A stretch of DNA of 64,000 bases from Candidatus Woesearchaeota archaeon. Lineage in GTDB: Archaea > Nanobdellota > Nanobdellia > SCGC-AAA011-G17 > JAGVXY01. The stretch lies in contig JAGVXY010000009.1 of the NCBI GenBank assembly GCA_018303545.1, forward strand, positions 24,350 to 88,349, written 5' to 3'. Shown one piece after another: positions 53,368 through 63,120 of the stretch. Position 1 is the stretch's first letter; each line of letters opens with the position of its first letter. The translations under genes and the position numbers were made by a program. The notes beneath the pieces are model-generated. The model saw nothing but the letters and a program-made list of their open reading frames with translations, searched no databases and had not been told where the DNA came from.

Positions 53368-56300
53368 CTAAATTTCTTCTTCAGTATAGATTATATACTC
53401 GCCTAAATTGCCATAAATATCCTTGCACTTAACATAAAACTTGTCATAACTCAATGAAGTCTCATGCACTTTGGAATTATCTCCAGTCATCTTATTCCCT
53501 TCCCCAAATCTGAAATTTTTGTCTCCAGATTCGCAGGAGCAGTCTTCATCAGTCTCAATATATAATGTTCCCTCTGTGAAAATATACATAAGTTTCGGCG
53601 CAGTAGTATCTGCCGTAACCCTAAAGGTAGTATTAGTATTGACTTGGTTTCCTGCTGCATCTCTGCAGGCCACATAATATTTATATTCAGCCATAGGCAA
53701 AATTAATGGCTGTTCATGCAGTGTTTCATTTGTTTTGAAGAAATAAACCATATTCTCAAAAACAGTATCCTTATCAGCGAAAGCGCACATTGCCTTTCCA
53801 TTATCTGCTCCTTTCTCAGTAAGCACTTTTAATGTAACATTATTTGTGTATAATTCTCCTGAAGGCCCAATAGAAACAACTTTCAATGCTTCAGTTCCTT
53901 TCAAGCTAAATTTATAGCTGTCTTCATTAAAGTTTTTTGACATATCTTCACATTTAAAATAATAATTAGTCTCTTGATTTGGTTTTATTCCTGTTAATTT
54001 TGTTTTGCATTCATAGAGCCCACCAAACACTCCGGCTATATCATAAGCTGCGGTGGCGCATTGCATGCTTGTATTCATTGAAATATAATCAACATCATTG
54101 AAATCCCACTTGCATCTCGCAGGCTCACTTACATATACACTTAAATCAGTATCATTTTTATTAGCTGCAATCATTGCTCCATTAGTTAGACTTGTCTGTT
54201 CAATTACCGGCGCTGTTAAATCCGGTGAAGGATCTATCGAGAATCTTACAAAGTAATCATTCTCATTTGCATTTCCCGCTCCGTCCTGGCATCTTATATA
54301 TAGAGTTACAGTATTTCCGTTTACTAATTGTATAACTTGGTTTCCATCTGTATAGCTTGCATTAGGCAGCATTAATTGCGATGACTGATTGTATCTGTAT
54401 AAACTATCCTGCACATAGAATGCAGGCATATCATTATATTTAACAGAATGATTTGCGCTGATTTTGCACTGCGCAGGTTCATTAGTTCTAATTCCAAATG
54501 TTATTGGTTGGAATGCTTTTACTTTTGGCTGTATTTCAAAGCCTGGATTTCCTTGGTAAGTTATTTCTCTTAATGTGTATCCCTCTTTTAATTTTTCAGG
54601 CCATGGTTTTATTATTGGTGCGTTGACATCATTTGGATGCATATTTACGCAAGTCTCATTGTTTCCAGTTCCTGGATTTAATAATGTGCAGTATTTTCCT
54701 AAAGATTTGCATCTGTATTCAGAGCAAGGTTTTATTGGATCCTTATTGCATTCTTCACAGTCTCTTCCACCATCAGGCGCTTCCCATGGTGCGCAGTTTA
54801 CAACAATAGTTTTTGTTTTTTCTGAAGCTGCAACAATATCAACAACTTGATAGATTGTGTATATCCATAACAGTGTATTAAATAATTGCATAAATCCACC
54901 TGCTGCCCCCCCAGTAGAAGAATATTTCGAAACGGATGTTGCCCCTTTCGCATCTGCAGCACTTGAAGCTACTTGATTACCTAAACTTCCATCAGCATTT
55001 ATAGCATACTTATACCATCCATTTTGTGTATTAGTGTAGAGAAAATCTTTTCCAATAAAAACATTGTCTGTACCAAGGTTTCTAATGCCATTAGCCAATT
55101 CTTCTTGTCCTATTGAATTTAATCCTAAATCATAAGTTATTGCTGCCTGTCCAGTCAACCCAAAAGCCTCAGTTCTAACACCAGTTAAAGTAGATTGTTT
55201 GCTAACCATTGCGGCAGAAGATTTTGGTCCGAGGGCGAAACCACTAAATATCTTGTCAATATTCGACCAACCCCATCCCGCGTGACCCCAAGAGGCAATA
55301 CCAGTAAGAGCCATCCATGAAAGTATCATCCATCCGCCTTTCCTATCAAGTTCATCCAACATTCCAGGTTTCTGGTCTTTATATTTATCAGCAGGGAATT
55401 GCAATTCCAAAAATTTAGTAACTTCAGATTTAGTTAATTTCAATCCAGATTCAGTAAACACACCTAAATAATTAAAGTAAGCTCCGCAGTCTCCCTGCGC
55501 AATGCAAGAGGTACTTTGAGCTAGTAGCCAATCTTTTTCTAAGCAGTGACAGTTTCTTACGCATTTCCATTTGTCGCTTATCCCTCCAACAGCAGGAATA
55601 TATTTCCCAATCAATGAAGTCCATCCGCCAGCAGCATAAGTAACCTCACATTTTGATGAAGCTTGTTCACATGCATCAATATTTGTTCCGCCAGTTGGAT
55701 TAGTGCTAGAACTTGAAGTTGAAGTCGCAGCCGCCGCAGCATTTCCCGAACCAGATTGACTAGAACCGGTAGTAAAGCTAGCAGAACCTAAATCATCACC
55801 CCAAAAAGTAAATCCAGGAGGAACCATAGGCACACACTTTCCAGGAGAATCTTTGCTCACTTCATTTCCAGTAGATTTAACGACAGCATCTCCCCACCAA
55901 TAGCAGTCCCTATATTGCAGTTCGGTGCAGCATTTGTATGCATCTTCCAATTTATCAACATAAGAATTCATCGCATCTTCAGAATCAATCTCTTCAAACG
56001 TGGGATCTTCTACATTGCATGCAGCGCAATCAGCCCATCTGTTTTCTCTGCATCTACCTTCAATATATTCTCCTCGGGAAGCAAGCAATGTAAACGAAGT
56101 GCCGGTAGAAAGAGGCTCTGAACCTAAAATACCCTGAACGCAAATCTGTTCCCTATAATCTGCGCAAGGTTCAACAGTAGTCTCACCGTTTATACAAATC
56201 TGTCTGAACTGTCTCGAACCTACAGCATCTCTGCCCCAGCCAGTAGCTCCATCATATAAACACCATGACTCACCATTCTTTTTGTCTCCACCTGAAGCAG

Positions 56301-57108
56301 GAGAACTAGTTTCTTTGTAAACACTTGAGCAGTCAACAGAGTTGCATTTAGCATTTGCTTCATCAACAGCCTTGCATAACGTACCCGAAGCATAATCGCA
56401 GTCTTCAGCGATGTCTTCTGGATTTCCGCATGAATCAAACCAATAAACATCTTCTTTGTAACAAGCTTTATGATGATGAGAAGCGCAGTCGCAGCTTAAT
56501 TTTTTATCTGAACAAAAAGTATCCTTGTGAAAACCTATAGAACTTCCAATATCTGCACTCTGTTCTCCGCAGCTTTCTCTAGCAGTCCATGAGCAGGTAT
56601 CTTGAGAAACGCAGCAGCCCATTTCATTATTTCTGCAAGAATCAACGCATTCTTGTTCAGAAGCAGCATCTTTAAAATCCATCTGCACAAAAGGAAATTT
56701 TTGAGTTTCAGTTTTACAGCGCGTTTGTGTCACATAAGAGCATTCAGTTCCAATAGTGCAGCATCCTCTGGTGCATTTAGGATCATTGCACTCAGGAGAA
56801 GCAAGCCAAACAATTCCTTCGCCTTTGCTTTGCGCAAGAGACCTTGGAACATTTTTGTAGCATACTCCAACTTCTTCATCAACGCCGCATCCTAACTGGC
56901 AGTAACTTGTTTGTTCGCAAGCAGTAGGCGCAGAATTGAAATTAGCATCGCAACTCTTAGCATCAGTATACATGCAATACTCTCCATTAACGGTTTTCTC
57001 GCAGCACCTTAAATCTTGCACAACCGCTTCAGCAGAAGGAGTATACACTGAGAAAATGGAAAAAATTATTACTGTACATAAAAACATCGATGTTATTTTC
57101 TTTATCAA
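53368..57108 (-). CDS. Giant (about 1240 aa) cysteine-rich surface protein with internal hydrophobic segments (paralog 1)
   Basis: TTG start in the ORF track; a likely ATG at 57087 gives a clean signal peptide MFLCTVIIFSIFSVYTPSAEA. About 50 Cys in the first 330 aa. S/T/G linker, two or three hydrophobic segments, then a beta-rich C-terminal domain about 450 aa long. Paralogous to 58030..61089. Confidence 0.6.
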   Translation of the reverse strand: MIKKITSMFLCTVIIFSIFSVYTPSAEAVVQDLRCCEKTVNGEYCMYTDAKSCDANFNSAPTACEQTSYCQLGCGVDEEVGVCYKNVPRSLAQSKGEGIVWLASPECNDPKCTRGCCTIGTECSYVTQTRCKTETQKFPFVQMDFKDAASEQECVDSCRNNEMGCCVSQDTCSWTARESCGEQSADIGSSIGFHKDTFCSDKKLSCDCASHHHKACYKEDVYWFDSCGNPEDIAEDCDYASGTLCKAVDEANAKCNSVDCSSVYKETSSPASGGDKKNGESWCLYDGATGWGRDAVGSRQFRQICINGETTVEPCADYREQICVQGILGSEPLSTGTSFTLLASRGEYIEGRCRENRWADCAACNVEDPTFEEIDSEDAMNSYVDKLEDAYKCCTELQYRDCYWWGDAVVKSTGNEVSKDSPGKCVPMVPPGFTFWGDDLGSASFTTGSSQSGSGNAAAAATSTSSSSTNPTGGTNIDACEQASSKCEVTYAAGGWTSLIGKYIPAVGGISDKWKCVRNCHCLEKDWLLAQSTSCIAQGDCGAYFNYLGVFTESGLKLTKSEVTKFLELQFPADKYKDQKPGMLDELDRKGGWMILSWMALTGIASWGHAGWGWSNIDKIFSGFALGPKSSAAMVSKQSTLTGVRTEAFGLTGQAAITYDLGLNSIGQEELANGIRNLGTDNVFIGKDFLYTNTQNGWYKYAINADGSLGNQVASSAADAKGATSVSKYSSTGGAAGGFMQLFNTLLWIYTIYQVVDIVAASEKTKTIVVNCAPWEAPDGGRDCEECNKDPIKPCSEYRCKSLGKYCTLLNPGTGNNETCVNMHPNDVNAPIIKPWPEKLKEGYTLREITYQGNPGFEIQPKVKAFQPITFGIRTNEPAQCKISANHSVKYNDMPAFYVQDSLYRYNQSSQLMLPNASYTDGNQVIQLVNGNTVTLYIRCQDGAGNANENDYFVRFSIDPSPDLTAPVIEQTSLTNGAMIAANKNDTDLSVYVSEPARCKWDFNDVDYISMNTSMQCATAAYDIAGVFGGLYECKTKLTGIKPNQETNYYFKCEDMSKNFNEDSYKFSLKGTEALKVVSIGPSGELYTNNVTLKVLTEKGADNGKAMCAFADKDTVFENMVYFFKTNETLHEQPLILPMAEYKYYVACRDAAGNQVNTNTTFRVTADTTAPKLMYIFTEGTLYIETDEDCSCESGDKNFRFGEGNKMTGDNSKVHETSLSYDKFYVKCKDIYGNLGEYIIYTEEEI

Positions 57109-57878
57109 CTAGGTTCACCCTCTACAAAAAACTGGAACATTAATCCATCTGTAGTCTGTGTTCTTTTTATCTGGTATAATTTATCAGGATAAGGCCGGTG
57201 TTTGTAAATCATATATTTCCCCGTTTTTGAAAGCATGTATATAAGCTGATCAAAATCTCCAAATTCAGTTTCGACATTTATTATGTCCTGTGAAACATCA
57301 TACAAATCGCCTAAAGGCAAATTAACCATAGTATTGAATTTATTTTCGGTAATTGTAATATCTTTCTGTGTCAGCACAACAGGGTAAGTTACATCAACTT
57401 GCACATTTTCCTTATTTATAATTACCGTTGCCTTTGGCATTCCCTGTCCGCTTACAGTTACGCCTGAAAATATTGATGAAAAAGAATTTACATCTATGCA
57501 TTTCTGCAGATTAAAATTTATCACCTGTGAAAGGTCTTTTTCCATATCTGAAATTGTAAGCATTTTATTATAGCATGTAGGCTGACCCTTAATATTATAG
57601 CAAAGATAGCTTACAGTAGTCCCATTAAATAATTTGTAAGATTTTGGAGTCAGCTGTCCGCCTTTCAAAGCAATCTCTCTTATTGGCCCATTAGCCGATT
57701 CATCAACACATTCTTGAATATGTTCTCTTATTGGCCCAAATTCTGTCTGCACTGTCTCTATAGTAATCGTTCCTGGCAGAATTCTTTCTCTAAATGCCAA
57801 AGTCAGGCCTATTACCCCTACTATTAGAATCCCTAATATAATATAGATTGTTACTTGACCTCTTTTTCCCATTTCCAT
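57105..57878 (-). CDS. Pilin-like protein with class III signal peptide (MEMGKRG|QVTIYIILGILIVGV) inside the giant-protein cluster
   Basis: KRG-Q motif plus a long hydrophobic helix. Lies immediately upstream of giant paralog 1. Confidence 0.5.
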   Translation of the reverse strand: MEMGKRGQVTIYIILGILIVGVIGLTLAFRERILPGTITIETVQTEFGPIREHIQECVDESANGPIREIALKGGQLTPKSYKLFNGTTVSYLCYNIKGQPTCYNKMLTISDMEKDLSQVINFNLQKCIDVNSFSSIFSGVTVSGQGMPKATVIINKENVQVDVTYPVVLTQKDITITENKFNTMVNLPLGDLYDVSQDIINVETEFGDFDQLIYMLSKTGKYMIYKHRPYPDKLYQIKRTQTTDGLMFQFFVEGEPS

Positions 57879-58029
57879 TTTCCCTGAATACCCCTTTCTA
57901 TTTAAATATTTTGATTATGAATATACGATTATTTCAGTCATTGCATTGCCGTATTGATCGATGCATTTCACATGATAAGCGGTTGTTGATAGTGGCGCTC
58001 CATGCAATGTTGTATTTATTCCAGACATA

Positions 58030-61000
58030 TCATATCCCTGACCAAGTCATATTTGAATATTGGCATGTTGTTATTTCGCTCAGTTCAATTCTAAGTTCTG
58101 TGTCTCTGAATATTCCTAATAATAAAGGCGCCGAAGTATCTACAGTTATTCTAAATTTAGTTGCATTGCTGGCAACATTTCCGGCAATATCTGTACATTC
58201 AAAATTATAATTATATTCCCCTAACTTTAATCCTTGCAGTAATTGTCTGTGCACTGAGCTTGAAGTTTCCATCATCTCAATCATGCCTCTTCCTTTTTCA
58301 GCAAAAGAGCATATTGCTTTTCCGCCTTCAGCTCCTCCGAAAGTTCCTAATTTTAATTCTGCGTTTGTTGAATATATCTCTTTTCCCATTGTGGGTTCAA
58401 CAAAAGTTATTTTTAATTCATCAGTGCCAATTACAGAAATTGGATAGCTCTGCTGGTTTGTATTTCCATATCTGTCCTGGCATCTTATATAATACTGATT
58501 TGCTCCTTTTGAAATATTTGGTAAAATTATTAGTGCATTAAATCCAAAATTAGAATAGCTATTAGCGCTCAATCCGCCATACTGCATCAGTTCATAATCT
58601 GTGTCAATTGTATCGACTCTGCAAGTTCCAGGCTCATTTAAAGTTACTGTTAAAGGTGAGTAAGTTACATTAAAAGGTATGAACGCTCCATCTTTCAGGC
58701 TTACATTTTCTATCACCGGGGCTGTTAAATCTGGGCCTTCTTTTGTTTTATATTTTATTACATAATATATGGGATTATCATTTCCTTGATAGTCTGAACA
58801 TTTTATTGCATAACTATATTCTGTATTAGGTTCCATTACGGAAATAGTCATTGTGTGATTTAATCTGAACATCACATCTTCAAAGTAACTTGCAGGCATC
58901 TCTTCGAACTTCTTTGGATATTGTATATCTGCATTCGTATCTACTTTGCATTGTGCAGGCTCTGAAGTCTCAATGCCAAAAGTTATTGGCTTGAATGGAT
59001 CAACTAAAGGTAAAATATTATATCCGGATTGTGCTCCATCTTGAATTTGATATTCTTTATTTAAAACTTCCAACCAAGGTTTTATCATCGGTGCATTAAC
59101 ATCATTCGGATGCGCTACAACACAAGTCTCATTTCCTGTTCCTTCATTTACTAATTTGCAGTCCGCTCCTAAAGATCTGCATTTATATTCAGAACATACT
59201 TTGAAAGGCCCCGTGCATTCCTCGCATTTATTTTCTTTAGGTGCCGTCCACGGAGCGCAGATAGAGGTAAAAATATGTTCATGCTGCTCACTTCCTGAAG
59301 TTACAAGCCAGGTAATTATTAAAATTATCGCTAAAACAATCCAACCCCAAATGGGAATTACACCAAGCCATCCTGAACCAGCCACAACACTCCCCAGAGC
59401 GCCCTTAGCTGCCGCAAGAGCAAGAATACTAATTGTTCCACCTGTAAACGTAACTGCCCCAACCGTTACAGTTGCTGTTGCAAAAACCAAGATATAAATA
59501 GAAATTAAAGTAGCAGCAATTCCACCATAAGCTCCAAATTGATTGATAGTTCCTATTGTGTTCATTTCACTTAAAACAGCATCACTAATGCTACCCAAAA
59601 CATCCATCATAACACTTAAGCCACCATGAACTCCGTAAGTTGCCCAATAATTCCATAAATATTCAGGAACACCACTATATTCTAAATTGCCATCAGCTGA
59701 TCGGACCATCCATTTTGGAGGGCCGCTAGGATCCCAATTATCTTGATAAGCGGATTTTAAATCAAAAGAATCCAAACCGCCTTTGACTAATTCAACATTA
59801 TATGCTGGACCGCAATCTCCCTTGCTCTTGCAATATAATAAAACATTATCTGCAAATTTTTGCTGCAAGGTTTCTTGATTAATTTCATGCCAGTCTGCAA
59901 AAGTATTTTTTTTATAATAAAAATAATGGGCTTCAATATTTGCTTCTGAGCAAGTTTCAGCAACAGTTTCATCTTCAGTATCCCAGAACTTAAATCCTTC
60001 AGGAACAGTAGTTATAGATGTATTCCAATTTTCAATGCAAGCCGCAGCAGCATAAGATCCTCTGTCAGCGCTAGCTTTTCCCTGCAGACAAATTTCTTCT
60101 CTATAATCTTTGCACTCTTCATACACTTCTTCACCATTTATACATAAGTGTCTATAGTGTCTAGAGCCAACAGCATCAGTCCAATTTCCAGTAGGTCCTT
60201 CATAAATGCACCAAGATTCTCCATTCATCCTAAAGCCACCAAGTCTAGCATCATGAACATTCTTCTCATCGGTATAAGTAGAAGTGCAATCTAAAGAAGA
60301 GCAAGAAGCCGTATTGTTATCTATCTGCTTACAAAGTGTCCCTTTGGCATAATCACAATCATCTGCAATCCCTTCCATGTTTCCGCATGAATCAAAATAA
60401 TAAACATCTTCACCGACACATTGAGTTTTATATTGTTTCGTACAGTCACAACCTAAACTTGAATCTGAACAGTAAGTATTAAAATTAAATTGAATACCTT
60501 GACTAGTCAAGGCTTGTCGGCTTTCACAGTCATCCCTAGTTGTCCAAGAGCACTCCCCGAGACCTAGAGAGCAGCACCCATGGTCTTGCCCCTGGCAGTA
60601 GCCAACACATTCTAATTCAGAAGTGGCATCCCTAAAATCCATCGATAAATAAGGAAAATTAGAAACAGCATTTTTACATTCTAACTGGGTAGACATAAAG
60701 CATTGGTCTCCAATTACACAGCAGTTTTTTTGGCATTCAGGAACTTGGCAAAGTGGATCAGCACTAAATAATCCGTCTTTAGAAGCGCAAGTCGGCTGCG
60801 GTGTATTTTTATAGCATGCCCCATCATTTTTATCATAGCAGCAACCTAATTTGCAGAAAGAAGAAGCCTCACAGGACGAAGCGGAAACCCTGTATCCTGG
60901 ATTGCACTGGTCCTGCGTTGTATACTGGCAAGTCTCTCCGCCCTTAGTAATCTCACAGCAGACTTTATTCGCATCCCCATTCGTATTCTCATCTTCAGCA

Positions 61001-61089
61001 TTGACTTCGGAAACAAAATAAGAAAAAGCAACAATGGCAATAATCATAATAAAGCACATGCTCACCGCTTTTTCTTTTAAAAATATCAT
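58030..61089 (-). CDS. Giant (1019 aa) cysteine-rich surface protein with internal multi-TM block (paralog 2)
   Basis: Signal peptide. Cys-rich N-terminal domain alignable to paralog 1 (VCCEITKGGETCQY... vs RCCEKTVNGEYCMY...). Conserved CAPWTAPKENKCEECTGPFKVCSEYKCRSLG module. About 75-aa hydrophobic block. Confidence 0.6.
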   Translation of the reverse strand: MIFLKEKAVSMCFIMIIAIVAFSYFVSEVNAEDENTNGDANKVCCEITKGGETCQYTTQDQCNPGYRVSASSCEASSFCKLGCCYDKNDGACYKNTPQPTCASKDGLFSADPLCQVPECQKNCCVIGDQCFMSTQLECKNAVSNFPYLSMDFRDATSELECVGYCQGQDHGCCSLGLGECSWTTRDDCESRQALTSQGIQFNFNTYCSDSSLGCDCTKQYKTQCVGEDVYYFDSCGNMEGIADDCDYAKGTLCKQIDNNTASCSSLDCTSTYTDEKNVHDARLGGFRMNGESWCIYEGPTGNWTDAVGSRHYRHLCINGEEVYEECKDYREEICLQGKASADRGSYAAAACIENWNTSITTVPEGFKFWDTEDETVAETCSEANIEAHYFYYKKNTFADWHEINQETLQQKFADNVLLYCKSKGDCGPAYNVELVKGGLDSFDLKSAYQDNWDPSGPPKWMVRSADGNLEYSGVPEYLWNYWATYGVHGGLSVMMDVLGSISDAVLSEMNTIGTINQFGAYGGIAATLISIYILVFATATVTVGAVTFTGGTISILALAAAKGALGSVVAGSGWLGVIPIWGWIVLAIILIITWLVTSGSEQHEHIFTSICAPWTAPKENKCEECTGPFKVCSEYKCRSLGADCKLVNEGTGNETCVVAHPNDVNAPMIKPWLEVLNKEYQIQDGAQSGYNILPLVDPFKPITFGIETSEPAQCKVDTNADIQYPKKFEEMPASYFEDVMFRLNHTMTISVMEPNTEYSYAIKCSDYQGNDNPIYYVIKYKTKEGPDLTAPVIENVSLKDGAFIPFNVTYSPLTVTLNEPGTCRVDTIDTDYELMQYGGLSANSYSNFGFNALIILPNISKGANQYYIRCQDRYGNTNQQSYPISVIGTDELKITFVEPTMGKEIYSTNAELKLGTFGGAEGGKAICSFAEKGRGMIEMMETSSSVHRQLLQGLKLGEYNYNFECTDIAGNVASNATKFRITVDTSAPLLLGIFRDTELRIELSEITTCQYSNMTWSGI

Positions 61090-61295
61090 AAAGAGAAAAG
61101 AGAGTTATAGAATATTTAAAGTTTACTCAATCTCATCAACAATCGCATTCATCGGTCTAACTTTCTGCACTGTTCCTTTCTTGCCGCAGAATGGGCAGAC
61201 AGATTCAAAACGATTTCTTCTGAAATTGTATCCGCAGCCAACGCATTGATAGCTTATTTTTTCTTCCATGTTAAAAAATAAATCTTTCTCATTTA

Positions 61296-61499
61296 TTAAT
61301 CTTTCTCAAGCAACCCGATAGCTTTCAAGTATTTTCTTGCATTAGTCTTGAAATCTTCGCCGAACATATTCTTAAATAGGCTCTGGCTTGACTTCAATTG
61401 CGATTCAATCAATATCTTTTGTTGCCTAAACAGAGAGCCATCTTCCTTAAGTTTCTCGGCATAGAATTCAACATATTCTAAATCATTCATAGGCCTCAT
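61296..61499 (-). CDS. 67-aa small partner protein of the nucleotidyltransferase-like gene (module copy B)
   Basis: ATGA overlap with the upstream gene. Homologous to the 50-aa ORF at 34616..34768. Confidence 0.45.
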   Translation of the reverse strand: MRPMNDLEYVEFYAEKLKEDGSLFRQQKILIESQLKSSQSLFKNMFGEDFKTNARKYLKAIGLLEKD

Positions 61500-62098
61500 T
61501 TTAATTCATCCCTTATTATAATTTCATACCTTTTAAAGTTTTCTTCTTTAATCAGGTCAGAAAAGAAAGTTCTCAAATGTTTTGCATCTTCCATATCTTT
61601 TTTGCCAGCCAGTATTATTTCCTTATATAATATTTCAAATTCAATAGGAGGAATCTTAAATTCAAAATCTCCAACTTTAATTTTCTGGGGATGAGAATAT
61701 TCAAAAGATTTGGCCTTCTTGCTCTTATCAAATGGGACCAGTTCTATATTAGGATACATCTTATTAATTTCAGCAAATCTTACGCTATTCATATTTTTAA
61801 TATAAGGATAAACTTCCGTAGAATTATCGCCCTGATAGCACCAAAATTTATTTTCAATCAAATCATTAAATAGAGAAACAAACTTATTTTCATTCATTAT
61901 AGACACTATAATATCAACATCTTCCGTGCCTCTTGCTCTCCCTGTGGAAATGCTTACAAAACCGCTTACAATCAAATAATCCGCATGTTTTTTTAGTACT
62001 TTCAAAAACTTTTTTACAAAGAGATCTAATTCAGTCAATTCCCTGTCAATTACAATTATTCCTCCTTCAACAGAATAGCCTTTCATAAAAAGAATCAA
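61496..62098 (-). CDS. Pol-beta-superfamily nucleotidyltransferase-like protein (module copy B)
   Basis: YLIVSGFVSISTGRARGTEDVDIIV. Paralog of 34765..35364 (IPPIEFEILYKEIILAGKKDMEDAKHL vs ISPLELQISYKLFLGSEKDIEDARYL). Confidence 0.55.
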   Translation of the reverse strand: MILFMKGYSVEGGIIVIDRELTELDLFVKKFLKVLKKHADYLIVSGFVSISTGRARGTEDVDIIVSIMNENKFVSLFNDLIENKFWCYQGDNSTEVYPYIKNMNSVRFAEINKMYPNIELVPFDKSKKAKSFEYSHPQKIKVGDFEFKIPPIEFEILYKEIILAGKKDMEDAKHLRTFFSDLIKEENFKRYEIIIRDELK

Positions 62099-62133
62099 AA
62101 GAATAGGATATATAAATACTTCGCCGACCTATG

Positions 62134-63120
62134 TCAAGTGGATTCAAATACCTGTTCAAGAAAAACAGTAGCATATGAGCCCTTAGGTAAAAAGAATCTA
62201 AATCGCTGGGAACTTCCCTTAAATGGATAAACTTTCAATTTTGTAACTTTAACAATTCCTTCCCTCTTTCCAGCATGTAAATTGTAAAATTCAGTTTTAA
62301 AATCTTTCAACTCAATGCCTTCTTTTTTCAATAGGTTAGTATAAATTTCATCTGGTTTTGAATCAAAGCCTAAAACTTCAACTTCATCAGCAACTTTTAT
62401 TTTAAGATATAAATTAAACAAATAAGCCTGATATGCTTGTAAAAATAAAGTTAGTAATCTTTTAGGTAAAGAGAGCATTGCTTTTTTGTAATCTTTAGTC
62501 TCAGTAAATATTCGAACAACACTGATTTCATTTATTAGATATCTAGGTATAATTTTAAAATCCAATTTCTCTCTTAATTTACGTCTAAATTCTCTGTGAT
62601 CTTTAGTTTCAGTTTCATAATCTCTAAGCACATATTCAAAGAAAGCTTTTTCATAGTCCCTTTTCATTAGATATTTTCCAACCAGATGCGTATTAGCTCT
62701 GAACTCTCCTCCAAAGCGTTGCTGCCCAAAATAATTCACAAATTCATCAGGCACATCTGCGGATTTTTTTAAGCCCCGAACAATTATATCAAAATCATTT
62801 CCTTCGAGCATCCCAAGACCTATTTGTTTGGTGCCATAACCCAAAATCTTAATCGAAATATCTTTTATCTTTACCCTCTTAAGCATATTTTCATATTTTC
62901 TCAAGCATGAAACAAACTGTTCTGTTATTCCTGCATAATCTTTCAATCCTGCATAGCCGAAGTCATTGCATTTAGTTCTTTTAGAAAGTTCATTCAAGGC
63001 TTTCATAGTGGTCCAGTTTTTCTTCTTCAATAAAAAATAAATGTAATTGCCCTTTTCATCAAATTTCAAATCAAGAACCTCTTTAACCTTGAAATCTTCA
63101 GGTTGAAATTTAAGTATCAT
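62134..63120 (-). CDS. truD: tRNA pseudouridine synthase TruD/Pus7-type
   Basis: Catalytic-Asp motif GYAGLKDYAGITEQF. FKVKE N-terminus. 328 aa. Confidence 0.8.
   Translation of the reverse strand: MILKFQPEDFKVKEVLDLKFDEKGNYIYFLLKKKNWTTMKALNELSKRTKCNDFGYAGLKDYAGITEQFVSCLRKYENMLKRVKIKDISIKILGYGTKQIGLGMLEGNDFDIIVRGLKKSADVPDEFVNYFGQQRFGGEFRANTHLVGKYLMKRDYEKAFFEYVLRDYETETKDHREFRRKLREKLDFKIIPRYLINEISVVRIFTETKDYKKAMLSLPKRLLTLFLQAYQAYLFNLYLKIKVADEVEVLGFDSKPDEIYTNLLKKEGIELKDFKTEFYNLHAGKREGIVKVTKLKVYPFKGSSQRFRFFLPKGSYATVFLEQVFEST

Noticed and set aside
50250-59497. Numerous 60-126-aa plus-strand ORFs inside the giant-protein genes (for example 50250, 51297, 54575, 56602, 58161, 59156)
   Set aside because: All are antisense to very long, motif-rich minus-strand genes. 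Their compositions are low-complexity.
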